From: Dicyema japonicum | Lineage: Eukaryota > Animalia > Dicyemida | Direction: 5' to 3' | Length of the DNA: 64,000 nucleotides | NCBI GenBank assembly: GCA_011109175.1 | Contig: RDEW01000015.1 | Coordinates: forward strand, 16,742 to 80,741 | Part shown: positions 36,676-50,100 of the stretch, piece by piece | Layout: each line of letters opens with the position of its first letter | Numbering within the stretch: the first letter of the stretch is position 1 | Notes under the pieces: generated by a model | What the model saw: the letters and a program-made list of their open reading frames with translations, nothing else | Database searches by the model: none | What the model was told of the DNA's origin: nothing | Position numbers and translations under genes: made by a program

Positions 36676-39237
36676 TCAGGATAACCCTGATTAATGCCCG
36701 CTCTCTTCGGAAGCGGGCTTCAGAGCTGACTGCATTGGTCAGCACAGTGCATATGGATGTTTTGATAGTAAATGAGACGAAGATCAAGAAGGGAAGTTCT
36801 TTTAAACTTAATGGATTTTCATCAATTGATATTCCGTGGAAGAAGGGTTCTATTTCTGGAACTGGAACTTCGATTTATTATAAATCTAATTTGAATACGA
36901 AGAGACCAAGAATTATTGAAGAAGATGTATGTGAACTAGTCAGTGTGCAAATACAAACAAATATTGGATGGATAACAGTTGGAGGAATTTATTCTAAGAG
37001 CTTACGTGAGTACCCTTGGATCATTGAGAAATTTTTTAACGAAAACGTGAATTCGATTTTGGTTGGGGACATGAACGCAAAGCATGTTGATTATGGATGT
37101 GTTACAACAAATCAGGATGGAAAATGTCTTATAAAGTGGATGGAATCAGGAGAATTGAAAATTTTGACGTCAGCAGAAATAAATCACTATGCAACTTATA
37201 GTGGTGATAAACTTGGATTGTTCATAATGCCTCTGACGATGAGTGAAATGTGTGATCCTCCATATATCGAAAATGACATAGGAAGTGACCACATCCCACA
37301 AACGATTGAATTAAAAACTGGTCCGGTTTACACACGACAGTTATTCATTGGATATGATGTCAGCAAAATTGATTGGAATCACTTCAATTTCTACATCAGG
37401 CTGAAAATTGGTAATGTTTGTGATTTGGGGATTTCGAAACCGGAAGATATCGACATTCTGGATAACAAAATAAGATCTTTGTTGTTAAGTTATCTGGAAA
37501 ATTATGGAAAAAGAAAAAATCTGTTGCCGCAGGAAAATATGATAATAGGAGTAGAAGAACGCTCTTTGCGTCAGGAGAAGAATAAGTTAGAAAATAAATT
37601 AAAGAGGTGTTGGGATATCTTCGACTCTCAAGAACTTAAAATGCAGATCAAGTTAGTGAAGAAGAAAATAATGGATGTTGTAAAGAAGAATGAAGAAAAA
37701 GTATGGAAAAGAGAATGTTCAAAGTTACGTCGACAGAACCCAAAATTTTGGAAACTATATGCAAGAATGAATTCTCCCAGTAATAAGAATGAAGAAATAT
37801 CTCTCAAGTCAGATGATGGTCTCACTATTCCAAAAGAAGAAATTCCAAATGTTTTACGTCGACAATTGTCCAAAATTCAAGAGATAGATCCGGCATCTTT
37901 TATTCCGATAGAAGTACAAGATACAAGAAGTAGTTATAAAGAAAAGTCGAAACTGAGTGGTCCCTTGTGTCATCCTATAACGCTGGAAGAAATAAATGCT
38001 GCAATTAAGGGTTGCAAAAATAAAGCACCAGGGTGGGATTTTATCCCAATGAGTATTTTCAAGAACGCAGGCCCAATTTTGATTGAGTGCCTAAAAATAT
38101 TATATAATTCTTCTTGGAGTTTTGGTCATGTTCCAGCTTATTGGAAACGAACAATTGTACGCATGGTTGTGAAAAAAGGAAAGCCAAGGTCAAAAGCAGA
38201 TAGTTATAGGCCAATTAGCCTAGTCTGCTCAATATCGAAAGTTATGGAAAAAATTGTTTTCAATCGTCTATCAAGGCATGTTGAGGATAATAATTTTCTC
38301 TCTGATAATCAACTGGGATTTCGGCATAAAAAAGGGACTGGAGATTGCTTTAAAGAGCTAAGATCTGCAATCGAAATTTCACGAAATAAAAAGGAATTTC
38401 TTACAATAGCATGTTTGGATATAACAAAAGCGTTTGACAGTGTTTGGCACTTTGGACTTGTTGATACGTTGTCAAAAGCAGAAATTGGGAAAACTGCGTT
38501 ATTATGGATAGAAAACTTTCTTTCAAAAAGAAAGTCATATATACGTGTTGGAAATTTAATTTCAAAGAAAATTGAATTGCGAAGAGGAGTTCCACAGGGT
38601 TCAATTCTCAGCCGCTACTCTTCAATTGCGTAATGAGAGATTTGCCGAAAACAGAGAGCGTAAATAGTCAAATGATTATTTATGCTGATGACATTCTTGT
38701 GCTTGATTCAAGCATGAATAAACAAATTTCATGGAAAAGGGTGGAATCCCATATTACTAAGATTGGAAAGTGGTGCCAAAACAATGGGTTGACTCTATCG
38801 AGGGAAAAAACAACAGTCACTTGGATTGCAAGTAAAAGAAAAAATATTAATCAATGTGTGAATACTGGGGATATAAAAATCTCTGAAACATTGAAGTATC
38901 TCGGATTGTTGATAGACGAAGAGGATCTTTCAAGGAACATATTAAAACACGAAGAAAGAAAGCTACAGGAATGTTGAAATCTTTAATTCGATTTCATTTG
39001 GAGCCTGAAACTTTTCTTTTTGTGTATTCGGCGTGTGTTGAACCATTCTTGATATATGGTTATCAAGGATGGTTTAGAACAAAAGAAAGTGATGTCTTTG
39101 TCAAAAAATTGGAAAAGTCCAGAAGATTTGCGATTAAATTGGCATATGGACTGGACTTAAAATCTAATATCGAAGAGGATTACGACCTGAAAGTCAGAAA
39201 GATAGAAAAATTATTACATCACTTATGGAAAATGTGA
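36660..39237 (+). CDS. LINE ORF2, APE endonuclease plus reverse transcriptase (two single-base frameshifts)
   Basis: ITLINARSL, VNETK, GDMNAKH, GSDHIP, YRPISL, LDITKAFDSV, GVPQGS, YADD, KYLGL. One C appears missing at ~38612 and one at ~38917. Confidence 0.92.
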
Positions 39238-39451
39238 TGTAATTTTTGGGGTCCAAACGAAGTAGAGACATGTGGTGTCTCATAAAATGACCCTACACGA
39301 TGAATACAAACCCACTTAATTAGTTTTGGTTCAGGTTTTGGTTTCTTTACAGTAATTAGTTTTGGGGTTTGTTAGAAAATAAAATTTGTCTTGTCTTGTC
39401 TTGTCTGCTTTTACTAGACTTTATCATGCATACATAACAATACTGCTCAAT

Positions 39452-39954
39452 AGGCAGACTGGCTGGAATACGACATAATAAGAAACCTTCTAAAAAAGAA
39501 ACAGTAGAAGCTTCAACACAGAGAAGAGAGTGGGTGCTCTTAAGAAGAGAGGGCAGCCACCGAAAAAAACCAGAAGTAGTCAGGATAACCCTGATTAATG
39601 CCCGTTCTCTTCGGAAACGGGCCTCAGTGCTGGTTGCTATAGCCAGCACGATCCAGATGGAAGTTCTAATTATAAATGAAACTAAATTGAAGCATATGGA
39701 TTGGATTTAGCATCTGAAATTGATGACGAATACGAAAGAAAAACGAGAAGAATTGGTGATTTATTACATTGCTTGTTGGAAACTCGCATTGTAATTGGGG
39801 CTTTTTACGGAGAAGAGACATACGGTGTCTCATGAGAGCGCCCCCGATATAGACGACCCCAAATCTTGGCTTTCCTCTTTAGTTAATGGCTCTTACCTTG
39901 TTTAGTTAGTTGGGGTTTTTGCGAATAAATCATGTTATCTGTTATCTTATTCAT
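39452..39954 (+). mobile_element. Short internally deleted non-autonomous derivative of the same LINE family
   Basis: ORF1 end / ORF2 start fused to ORF2 end and 3' UTR; own 17-bp TSD TAACAATACTGCTCAAT (39435-39451, 39955-39971). Confidence 0.85.
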
Positions 39955-41752
39955 TAACAATACTGCTCAATTCAGAGATTCATAAAAAACATTATTCATA
40001 ATAACTGATGTGTTCTACAATATATTTTTTTAAAACATCAATAAACGAATTAAATGTAATGGATTCATTAGAAACTAAATTTAACATTAATCATAACTGA
40101 ATTAAAACTATGTTCAATGTTATGCCTTGGCCAGAGTAATCATCCCCAAACTTCCCAACCAGTCTCAATATTAAACATAAAGAAAATACCCTTTGTATTG
40201 CCAAAGGAATTGTATATGGTTGATAATTAAACAAATGTGTCCCTGATTTACTATTCAAATGCAGTAACATAGATTAGCACTCACATTGTATAAATCTCTA
40301 TTTCTACTATTGACTAGTTGGAAATTTCCATCCCAAATACTACGTCATCGTATATTCACATAGACGGAGGATATTTCATTTAAGTTGACAATGTTTACCC
40401 AATAAGATTTTGATTTTTTAGATAAACAGTCTCTATAAACTTTTGAGTTCAGCGACGTTCATAGTTGAATTTTACTGAAGAAGACCATGTTGTGAGTTTT
40501 TAAGATATTAATCGGTAGTTTACGTTGCTGTGAATTCATCATTACTGCCGATGTTAGATTGTTAGTATTCACGGGAACTCTGCTCTGACAGGCTGTTTAT
40601 GGGATTCCCATAAAACAAGACTTTCTCCATCTTCATTATACTTCGACCTGATCGACTCCGTGTCATTCAGTGAAAATTCAATGTGAATTAAACCTTCTCG
40701 ATTTCGTAAATTCATAAAAAGAAAATCTCCTCTTGCGAAATCTCTGGTCGTTCAACCCAACACTGCAACACCCTTAATTTTCAAGCAAATACTGCAATGA
40801 AGGATTATTATTTATGGCTCTCCTCATGATAAGTATAAATGCCACGTGTATGATCACAAACATTCTGGAATTACCATAAATCACTCAAAGTAAACAAAAC
40901 CTAATTAAATTTCTTCAAAGAAATATATCTTAATTAATTTGTAATTTTGCAAAATATTGGCAATTTGATATTTGAAAACTAAAAACCTCAAGTTTACAAA
41001 TAATAGTGTTTACTAGTGAAAAATTACCTCCCATCATACGTAGTATGTAAGAAAGACACGCAAGAATATGGATAGTTGATGATTAAACTTTCATGTAAAT
41101 TACGGAAGGAAATTCAGTCAGAGAATGGCTAGTACTAATTGGCAGTTTGATTTTATTTACAATTTTATTATAAAAACAAATTTTATTGGCTAAGTAAATT
41201 ATTAAATTTGCCTCCATTAAGAGCCAGGTCCCCCAACTTTCAGGCTCTTTGTATTTTATCTGAAATGGTCCATTTTTACGCCAATCCTACCAAGTTTTAA
41301 AATCTGAGATGTTCCAAAAACCAAGGTGAGTTTTCTCCGAATCAATGTTGGACTTTATATAACTTTACTAGTAAATTATTCCACCCTAACCAAGAGTAGG
41401 AGGTTGGGGGCCTTCAAGGATCTAGCCGCAATGGTTGGAACTGAGTTTGAGTTTATTAGTACTGATCCAATTGTACAGAAAACTTGCGCATAATATTGGA
41501 AAAAGAACCTCAAAATTACAAATAATAGTGTTTACTGTAGGAATTAATAATTGAAAAAGTACCTCACCCTAATACGTAGTATGAGATCGTCGATAACCAA
41601 AAAAATAAAGGAAGGGTGGCCTACCAAAGGACTATCGATAAAGAACACTTCAATGCAATCAATGTATTCTAATTTAGAGAAATTATTAAATGTGAATTGT
41701 CCATGATGTGACATAATATACATTCCATTATTAAAAAATAAATTTAAATATA

Positions 41753-42158
41753 TTAACAATCAATGTCCATTTGGTCGATGTGGGGTAAGTCAAATGATGC
41801 TGGTGGGATGAAGAATCCCATCCCAGCTGCCCTATCCGCGTCAGATTGGGAGTGATCCACAGTTTTGAGTTGTTTAAGTCTTGAATAATTACTATAGTAA
41901 CCTTTTCTTGTGGACTTTTGACTTGATATGGGATTGCAAGTATTTTTCGTCAATAAAATATCGACTAGAGTGACTATATTATCAAACCTGCAATAGTAGC
42001 AGTAAAATTTCCCACCAGCAGGTTTGTCGTAATCTGGCTCTCTATTTATTAGACGGCAGGTCCTTTAGACTGTCTTGTATTTGGTCGTTTGAGACTGTCA
42101 AATGCTTTATTTTTGACTTCATTGATGGTTTGAATTTTCCCTTTGCTGTTTTTCCCAT
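41753..42158 (-). CDS. ZNF593: Zinc finger protein 593 / Bud20 (60S export factor)
   Basis: DYDKPAGGKFYCYYCSRYFIDEKYLQSHIKSKVHKKRLKQL...ADRAAGMG. Introns 41965-41987 (23 nt) and 41880-41901 (22 nt); one frameshift at ~42055-42062. Confidence 0.9.
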
Positions 42159-43865
42159 TTGAGTCTCACCTGAACCAATCGAGAAGCACGTGATTATTTA
42201 AATTTAATTTTTTATTAATTTTAATAAATTAAATATTTTTTTATAAAGATAGATTACCAAACAATCAAATAAATTAACTAATATCTATAAGAATTCATTT
42301 TCTAATGTTTCTTTCTTCCCTCGTTTTACTAGGTTGACGTCATTTGTTCCACCAGTGTTATCTGCCGTTTAGTGATGACGTGAAATGGAATAATTTGATC
42401 TTTTGCAGTTCCCATAACTACAAGGATCAGGTATTTTCATCTCCTGTTAGTTCGGAGGTCTTCTTAATGATACCCACGTGTGAATCAAGAAGGTGTACCT
42501 ACCAAAGCTGACCTACTGTCTGTAATGACATAATTGCCATATTATCAATCTAACTACAATCAGGGATCATCCTTATCTATGGACTGTGATTCTGACGCTT
42601 CTCTAGTCTTTGAAACTTGGATAGCCGTCTGCTACGTATTTCATTTAATCCATACTTAAAGAACTTGGAGAAGGGTAGCCAATTGGGATTTTTAGTCTAA
42701 TAAAGGCACATCGATTACTTTGGTAAGTGATCTCTAGTAGCTCAAACTATAGAAGGCAAATTTTTGAGCAGCAACCACTGACGTTCCTCTCTCCCTAATA
42801 TATCCCCTACAAAGGTTAGAGCCCGTCCTATCACCATCTAACAGCAAGTATAGACTATGAGAATAATACAAATATGTTATAGTATATCATTAGACTCAAG
42901 CCTATCATTAAGATGATTTTAAACAAAAATGGTCAATGTTGTGGAATTTATTACTGACGTTATTAATCCTTGACCTGTACTTTAATAACATAAAATGTCA
43001 CGAAATGTTCATACACAGCTAATTCTCCACTTTTTTGAGTAAAGAATCACCACTGTTTATTAGAAGACATGATTATTAGGTGATAAGACACGATCAATTA
43101 GTTTCCTCATCTTTCCCCCTTGTCTTTCTTAGAATCTGACAAACTTTCTAAATGCTCACGTTGCTGAAAAACCCACGTGGTTAATGAACTGTAAGCATTT
43201 TTCTGACAAGAAAATGGAGTAAGCTTATGGATTGTGGACCTTCATCTTTGAATCAACCAACAGTCATACCTGAACCAGGACATTATGAAAATTCACACTG
43301 TGATCATTTAACATTGGAAATTTATTACAATCGTCAAGTTCTAACACTTATTTTGATGTACAACCGGGAAACCTTATAAATCTCCGATATTGTCGATTCT
43401 GTGTATTGAGCCGAGTCGCAACAACGAAGCTTTCGATAACTAGTTCGATAGTATCACGGTCGTGGAATCAGAGATACCTTCCAATATCACACAAATCCAT
43501 CCAGAAAGTGAAGAAAACATTAGTCCTTGCAATTGTTGGAACCGCTTTAATGGATGGAGGAGAAAAATGATTTTATAGTGCCATCCTCAACCAAGTCTAA
43601 CACATGTAGTATTGGTTATAATATGCACGATTACACAATTTTCTAAAATAACTATAACGGAAATAATATCTTAGCTATATTGACTTGGCAATGAAATCCA
43701 CCTGTGATGAACTGATTGTACAGTTTCCCCTAAATGTTAGAATTTGTAAAAGTAACCAATTCCCGAGTAACTGCGCATCAGTCTGGTTGACTGAATATTG
43801 TAATTGGAGCATAAAATTAATATTATAAGTTCTAAAATAATCGAAAGGAATAATCGAAGCGTGTG

Positions 43866-46800
43866 ATGCTGGATTTATTTAGTTCTACCGTCAAATCAGT
43901 ATTATTTGATAAAATTAGAAATACTCTAACTTGGAGGGAAATGTAGTTTTTGGAGAGGTTCACTTGTCTGATAATAAACTGGGAATTGTCATCGTTGATA
44001 AAACAATTATTAATGTTACTTACAAAGTCATAGAAAGTATAAAGGAGGACTCTCCATTCATCAAAAAGTTCCAACCCAATGATTGCTTCCTTGAGGTTAT
44101 CAAGTTTGTTGAGGTGGTAGATCAATAATATGGACGTTGTTGAAATGCCCACCCACCGATTTAAACTAAAGTTGGCTAGACTTCCTCGACGTTTTAATGT
44201 CCTGGTCTTACGGTTCAAGTTACAAACTCATCATTAGTCCGAGTCCAGCAACCATGGATAAGTTTTTCGTGAAAGTAAAAAAAGAATCTGAAATTGAAAT
44301 GAGTCCCAAAAGGAAAGTCAAGAAAGTGAAAAATATTTATTCCGACTTGGACGGACAGTTGATTTACGGAAACGTTAATTTGGAAGATGAAAACCTTGGA
44401 ATAGTCGTAAGGGACGAAGTGATAGACCTCCTCACATACAAAGTCATCCAAACCATGACTCCCGAATCTCCGTTTGTGGAAACATTCAAGAAGCACGATT
44501 GTCTCTTGGAGGTAAAATAACCATCAAATTGACAGATAAATAAAATAAAACTCAGAGATATGCCGAGACATCGGTTTAATTACAAAATGAGCACTCTTCC
44601 ACACGATACTGCATTCGAAGTCATAGCTTTACGGTTGAATTGATCTTTAATTGTGAATTAGACCAAGCGCGGCTATAATCGCTACATTTCAAAAGAGAAC
44701 TAAGAAGGACAAGAATGTGTTTTATCTCAACAGGAAAGTCAAAAATTTAAACGATAACATGTATTCTGACTTGGACGGGAAATTACTCCGTGAAAATATA
44801 AATTTGAAGCACAATGATTTCGGAGTCTACACGAAAAATGTGAAAATTGGCAAAGTTAACTACAAAGCTGTTGAAAGTATAAAAGACTCTTCCCCGTGTA
44901 AAAATATTCTTCAGGAAAATGACCTTTTATTACAAGTTTGGAGACTTCTCATTTAAAGATCAACGATAGAGCCATGACTAACATTTCTGACGACCTTTTT
45001 ATGAAAAAAATAAAGAAACTACCGAAAGATTCTTCGTTCGAAATTCTATCCATGAGGTTAGCCTCCAATTTAATTTGTAGACCCAATCCCTCACTTTTGA
45101 ACAAAATTTTAACCGGCGAAGAGGATGAGTCAATGTCTGACGAAGAGAGGACTTCTTATGGGAAAAATTCCAAAATTAAGTAGCCCTATGATAACAAGTA
45201 GGAATGAATTTTCTGACTTGGACGGGAAAGTGCTTTGTGAAAACATAAACTTGAAAAATAGAAAGCTGGGAATAAAAATAAAAGACGTCATTGTTGATAA
45301 TATTACATACAAAGTGATTGAAAGCATAAACGAGGACTCCCCATTCAAGGACAAACTCCAACCGAACGATCTATTGTTGGAGGTTGGGAGATGTTTTACG
45401 TTTAAGATGGATGATAAAAACGTCACTGATATTTCGACTGATCACTTTAAAAGAAATTTGAGCAAATTGCCAAAGTCTTCGGTTTTTGAAATTGTTACTT
45501 TGCGGTTGAGCTTAATCAGGTAAAATTAGTCCGAATCCTTCACTTTTGATTAAACTCAACAAAGGAGAAGAGGAAAAAGATGATTTCGTACCAACTAGTG
45601 AAAATGTGCATCACAAAAACTATAAAATGAATAAATGGAGGTGATATAAGGCTATATTTCAGAACTGCGAATAAGGACCTGGTTTCAATGTTGGATGGAA
45701 AAGTTATATGCAAAAATGTAGACTTGAATGATAAAGAAATTGGAGTTAAATTCAAAGATGTAGTAATCGATGATGTTAACTACAAACTCGTCCAAAATAT
45801 TAGTAGGGATTCTCCATTCAGGGATAAACTCAAACCAAACGACTTGTTACTAGAAGTTGATGTTTGGACTTAAATAGATTGATGATGTTCCAATCACTGA
45901 CATTTCGAATAATCATTTTAAGAAAAATTTAAGCAAATTGCCGAATGATTCCTCATTTGACTTTGTAGCCATGCGGTGAGATTAGTTTTATTGAAATAGG
46001 CCAAATCCATCACTTTTGAATAAATTCATAAAGGGAGAACGAGAAAATGGAGATGATTCGTTATCTGACGACGAAAAGTCACCAAAGACGTCTGAACAGG
46101 AAAAGGTGAAAAATCGAAAGTAATGATTATGTCTATTAATAGGATTTTAATGACAGACTTGGATGGGAAATTGTTTCACGAAAATATAAACTTGAACAAT
46201 AAAAAACTGGGAATCAAATTAAAGGATGTTAATATTGATAATGTTACATACAAACTCGTTGAGAATATTAACGAGGATTCTCCGTTCAAAAATAAACTCA
46301 AACCAAATGATCTCTTGTTGGAAGTTACAAAATTATAATTCTTTAGATTGACGACAACAATGTCACTAACACTTCAACAGATCATTTTAAGAAAAATTTG
46401 AGTAAATTGCCCAAAGACTCTCCCTTTAACATTGTAACGTTGCGGTATAGCTTTACTCTAATAAATTTAGTCCGAATCCCTCACTTTTGAATAAACTCGG
46501 GAGAGGGCCACAAGAAAGTGATGCATCAATGACTCTGAACAAATCCCACGAAAATATGTAAAAAGTAATGAAGCTGGAACGCCAAAGTAATTTATGGTCA
46601 CACTGTAGAACTCCAAATAAAAATTTATACTCTGACTTGGATGGACAAGTAATTTACGAAAATATAAACCTGAATAATCAAAGATTGGGAATAAAACTGA
46701 AGGATGCAGTAGTTGATGATGTCTCTTACAAACTCATTGAAAGTATAAACGTGGATTCCCCGTTCAGAAATAAACTAAAACCGAATGATCTTATATTAGA

Positions 46801-48415
46801 GGTAATAAATTAATTATTTTAAGATTGGTGATAACAGTGTCACTAATATTTCAACAGATCAGTTTAAGAAAAATTTATCCAAACTACCAAAAGATTCTCC
46901 GTTTAACGTGGTAACCTTACGGTAGAGTTTTTCCATAATTTAGCCCGAATCCATCACTTTTGAATAAACTTGGGCAAGGAGAGGCCGGAAGAGATCTACC
47001 AAATGACTCTGAAAATATTCCACGCAATTATGTAAAAAATGATAAAACCGAAAAACAAAAGTAATCCATAACCTCAATGTAGAACTCCAAATAAAAGTTT
47101 ATATTCTGATTTAGACGGCCAAGTGATTTATGAAAATATAGATTTGAATAATAACAAACTTGGAATTAAAATCAAAGACGTGATAATCGATAACGTTACA
47201 TACAAAATGATTGAAAGTATGCATGAAGACTCTCCGTTCAAAAATAAGCTTAAACCCAATGATTTACTATTGGAAGTCAGTTCTTCTGTTTATATAGATC
47301 GATGACACGAAATTAGTTGACATGCCTGTTCATCGCTTAAAATCAAAGTTTTCAAAACTGCCGGATTCCTTTGGGGTTGTTGCATTACGGTCTCTCTCAC
47401 ATTAATTTTAAGACCCAACGATTCAACCATAAACGTGAAGAATGATAAATCAAAAAGTGTTGAATCGAGTAGAACTCTGCCTTCAAGAAAATTTAAGGTT
47501 GATAGTAATACATTGTAACTTTTGATTCTCTAAATTTACTAGAGCAAAGAATAAAGAACTTTACTCGTATTTAGATGGGGATTTGATTTATGATAATGTC
47601 ATTTTTGATGATATTAAAAATTTTGGAATTTCTTTTACAAATAAAACAATCGACAATGTCGACTACAAAGTCATCACACATGTCGACGAAAATTCATCAT
47701 TTGCAAAGAAATTCAAACCGAATGACATTTTACTGGAGGTTTACCATACTATTTAAGATCAGGTCGATGATTTGAAAGTAATGGACTTGCCCACAAATAG
47801 AATGATGTCATATCTCTCCAATAGGACGGATGCTCCTTTAACGGTCGTAGGATGTCGGTCTAGTCGTCATATTTACCTTAAGACCAAATTCAGCTCTTTC
47901 GAAACAACTTCGGCTAGAGGCTTCTAAAATGTCTTCTGATGTTGTCCTTGTAGATGGCGAACCCACGGGAAAATTTAATGTTTGCATAAATTAATAAATT
48001 ACAGAAATTTTCCAAGTCGATGAAAATGCTTTTTCGTGGTGATTCAGAAATCCCCCGTTCTGGGACATATCGATCAAAGTCAATTTTCAGAAGTAAAAAA
48101 TACGAAATACTGTTTTTGTTAACCATAATATGCAGTTCCGTGGAAGTTATTAGACACAAGAATAGAACTGCCGGTTTTACCATAATAAGTGGTAAGAAAA
48201 CTTACAACGACGACTTTGACACAGCTTTCATCCACAAAATTGACCCAAAAATCATATATGGCAACGAAAATCAACTTCAGGCTTGAATTTAAAATTTATG
48301 TTAGCTTGGAGATAAAGTGATTGCTATAAACAATATTCCCCTGAAAAACAAAACTACAGAAGAAATCGAGAAATTATTACCAGGCAAAAAATTAGACTTA
48401 AAAATTAAACGTTAA
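43866..48415 (+). CDS. Multi-PDZ protein: 9 tandem related PDZ repeats plus 1 divergent C-terminal PDZ, ~28 tiny introns
   Basis: Repeated unit YSDLDG..ENINL...KLGI......VTYK.IE.I.EDSPF..KL.PNDLLLE|IDD..V; the last domain reads AGFTII...LGDKVIAINN. First intron 43899-43918 (20 nt); GC-AG intron 48281-48304; one A appears missing at ~46528. Confidence 0.85.
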
Positions 48416-49252
48416 TAGACTTTTAGTATTGTTTGACTAATTTTTATCTTAACTGCAAGAATTGGCAAATTGTCTGAGTATAGGGAAATATATGGAGATA
48501 GTCATATATTTCATTCGAAAGTGGAACAGACATCAGCATGCTCTAGTTGTCACGAGACAGTGGGCATTGCTGTGGACGATAACCATCCCCTGGGAGAACC
48601 TGAGAGTCATGTCGATCGTATTTTCGATTTCATAACGACAACTTTACTCATTCCCAACCCCTCCGCAGATTTCGAAGGCGACTGGGGAGAACTTCTCTAC
48701 TCTGATTGTAGGTAACCTATCACAAGTTAACTCTCATAATGGTTTTAGTTGGGAATCTCAAATTGATTGTTTTATAAGCAAAAGTAGTTAACTTATTGTC
48801 TACTGTGGTGTCGTAAATATAATTATTAGTTTTAACAACTTTTTCTTAATCATTTTCTAGAGGCGGTGATGGATCCACCTAACTCGGGAGACTCCCAATA
48901 CCTGGTCGGCACCCGAAAAGAATCTCTCTTCCCTATTTCAGTGGAGGGGTCCTCATAATGGTGGATAGATAGAAAGGACGTGATGCTTGCAAAGAATACG
49001 GGTTTCCTGTACTGTTGTCTGGTCTTAGAAATAAAAAATATATTTATACTTTGAAAGCCGTTTTCTAACAAACAAAAGTTTAAAAACCAAAATATTCGTA
49101 TAAAATAGTTGAACCATAAAAATGAGCATTTTGCGAGACATGTTTGTTGTTGGGAGTTTTGTTTAATGAGTGTGTACAAACACAGTTTTATAGTCTTAAC
49201 TTGTCACAGTCATATTAAAAAATCAGTCGATAAAAAAATTGTTGTTCGCAAA

Positions 49253-49564
49253 AAGTAAAAAAAAGTAAGCACTTCCGTGTTGCCATAAGCACGTAAAATG
49301 CCTAGGGTTTCGCTCATGCAGAACACACACTTTATTTAAGTAAAGAACAGTTATTATAACTAATTGTAGAGGAGAACCAAAGAATGCTCTTCACTATTTG
49401 TTTTTTTTTGTCTGCATGTCCCCTAGACTATCCAGTTCCGCAGTGAATCTCCACTGATGAAGGCGTCACTCGTCAATCCCTTTTTGCATCGTAGATGCAT
49501 GGAACCTTCCACCAGGTGAACAGCAGCGAGAATCGAACCCGTGACCTAAGCCACTTAGCCCGAC
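49253..49564 (-). mobile_element. tRNA-SINE copy, antisense
   Basis: Homologous to 7110-7400 including the B box; TSD TGTTGTTCGCAAA at 49240-49252 and 49565-49577. Confidence 0.9.
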
Positions 49565-49879
49565 TGTTGTTCGCAAATTGAATTAAAAATATGAAATTTC
49601 ATAAATTTTTCATTGGAGATTTAAATTTATCTATAAATTTTAATAATTAATCAATAAAATTAATTAATTTAACTTGAAATTTTCTTGGATTGGATGGAAT
49701 ACAGGAAGGACAATCTTCTTCGATGGAAGGAATAAGGGTTCCTTTTTTGTAGAGTGATTCCACAACTTAGCCACCAGAAACGGCAGATCACATGACGCGT
49801 GCTTTTCAAAAATTCTGGAAAAACTTATTCTCGATCAGATTAAATTTTACTTTCTCGGTCGTATCCTTCCAACATGGTT

Positions 49880-50100
49880 TTAAGAAGGCTCATTCATTCC
49901 ACAACTATTCACCTTACATGTTTGACGAAATTCATCAGAGGGCCTACCTATTATGCACAAATCCAGAAAAGTCGAGCTCAATGATTTTCACTCCCAATAG
50001 AGGACTGACCTTTTTGACCCTTAATGGAATATCAATCCTCTCCACAAACTCAATCAAAATACTGGGGATCACATACGATCCCCTTATGAACACGAATTAG
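49880..50100 (+). mobile_element. LINE RT C-terminal fragment
   Basis: NPEKSSSMIF...IKILGITYD motif. Confidence 0.65.

Larger units (their letters stand above)
35631..39404 (+). mobile_element. Young 5'-truncated LINE (Jockey/I-like) with 12-bp TSD
   Basis: TSD CTGCTTTTACTA at 35619-35630 and 39405-39416; AATAAA plus (TTGTC)n tail; two ORFs. Confidence 0.95.

Noticed and set aside
40100-41720. Minus-strand region with an internal duplicate (HTTY...KHYYL)
   Set aside because: Multiple stops and no identifiable product.
42042-42054. Possible 13-nt intron GTCTAATAAATAG in ZNF593 that would fix the frame
   Set aside because: The segment encodes RLINRE, which resembles the ZNF593 sequence preceding the D.D.PG motif, so a small indel is more parsimonious.
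42300-42900. Plus-strand region with tiny-intron-like GT..AG segments, divergent from ZNF593
   Set aside because: No coherent reading frame could be assembled.
43900-47900. Periodic repeats as a CRISPR or satellite array
   Set aside because: They are coding PDZ repeats with introns.
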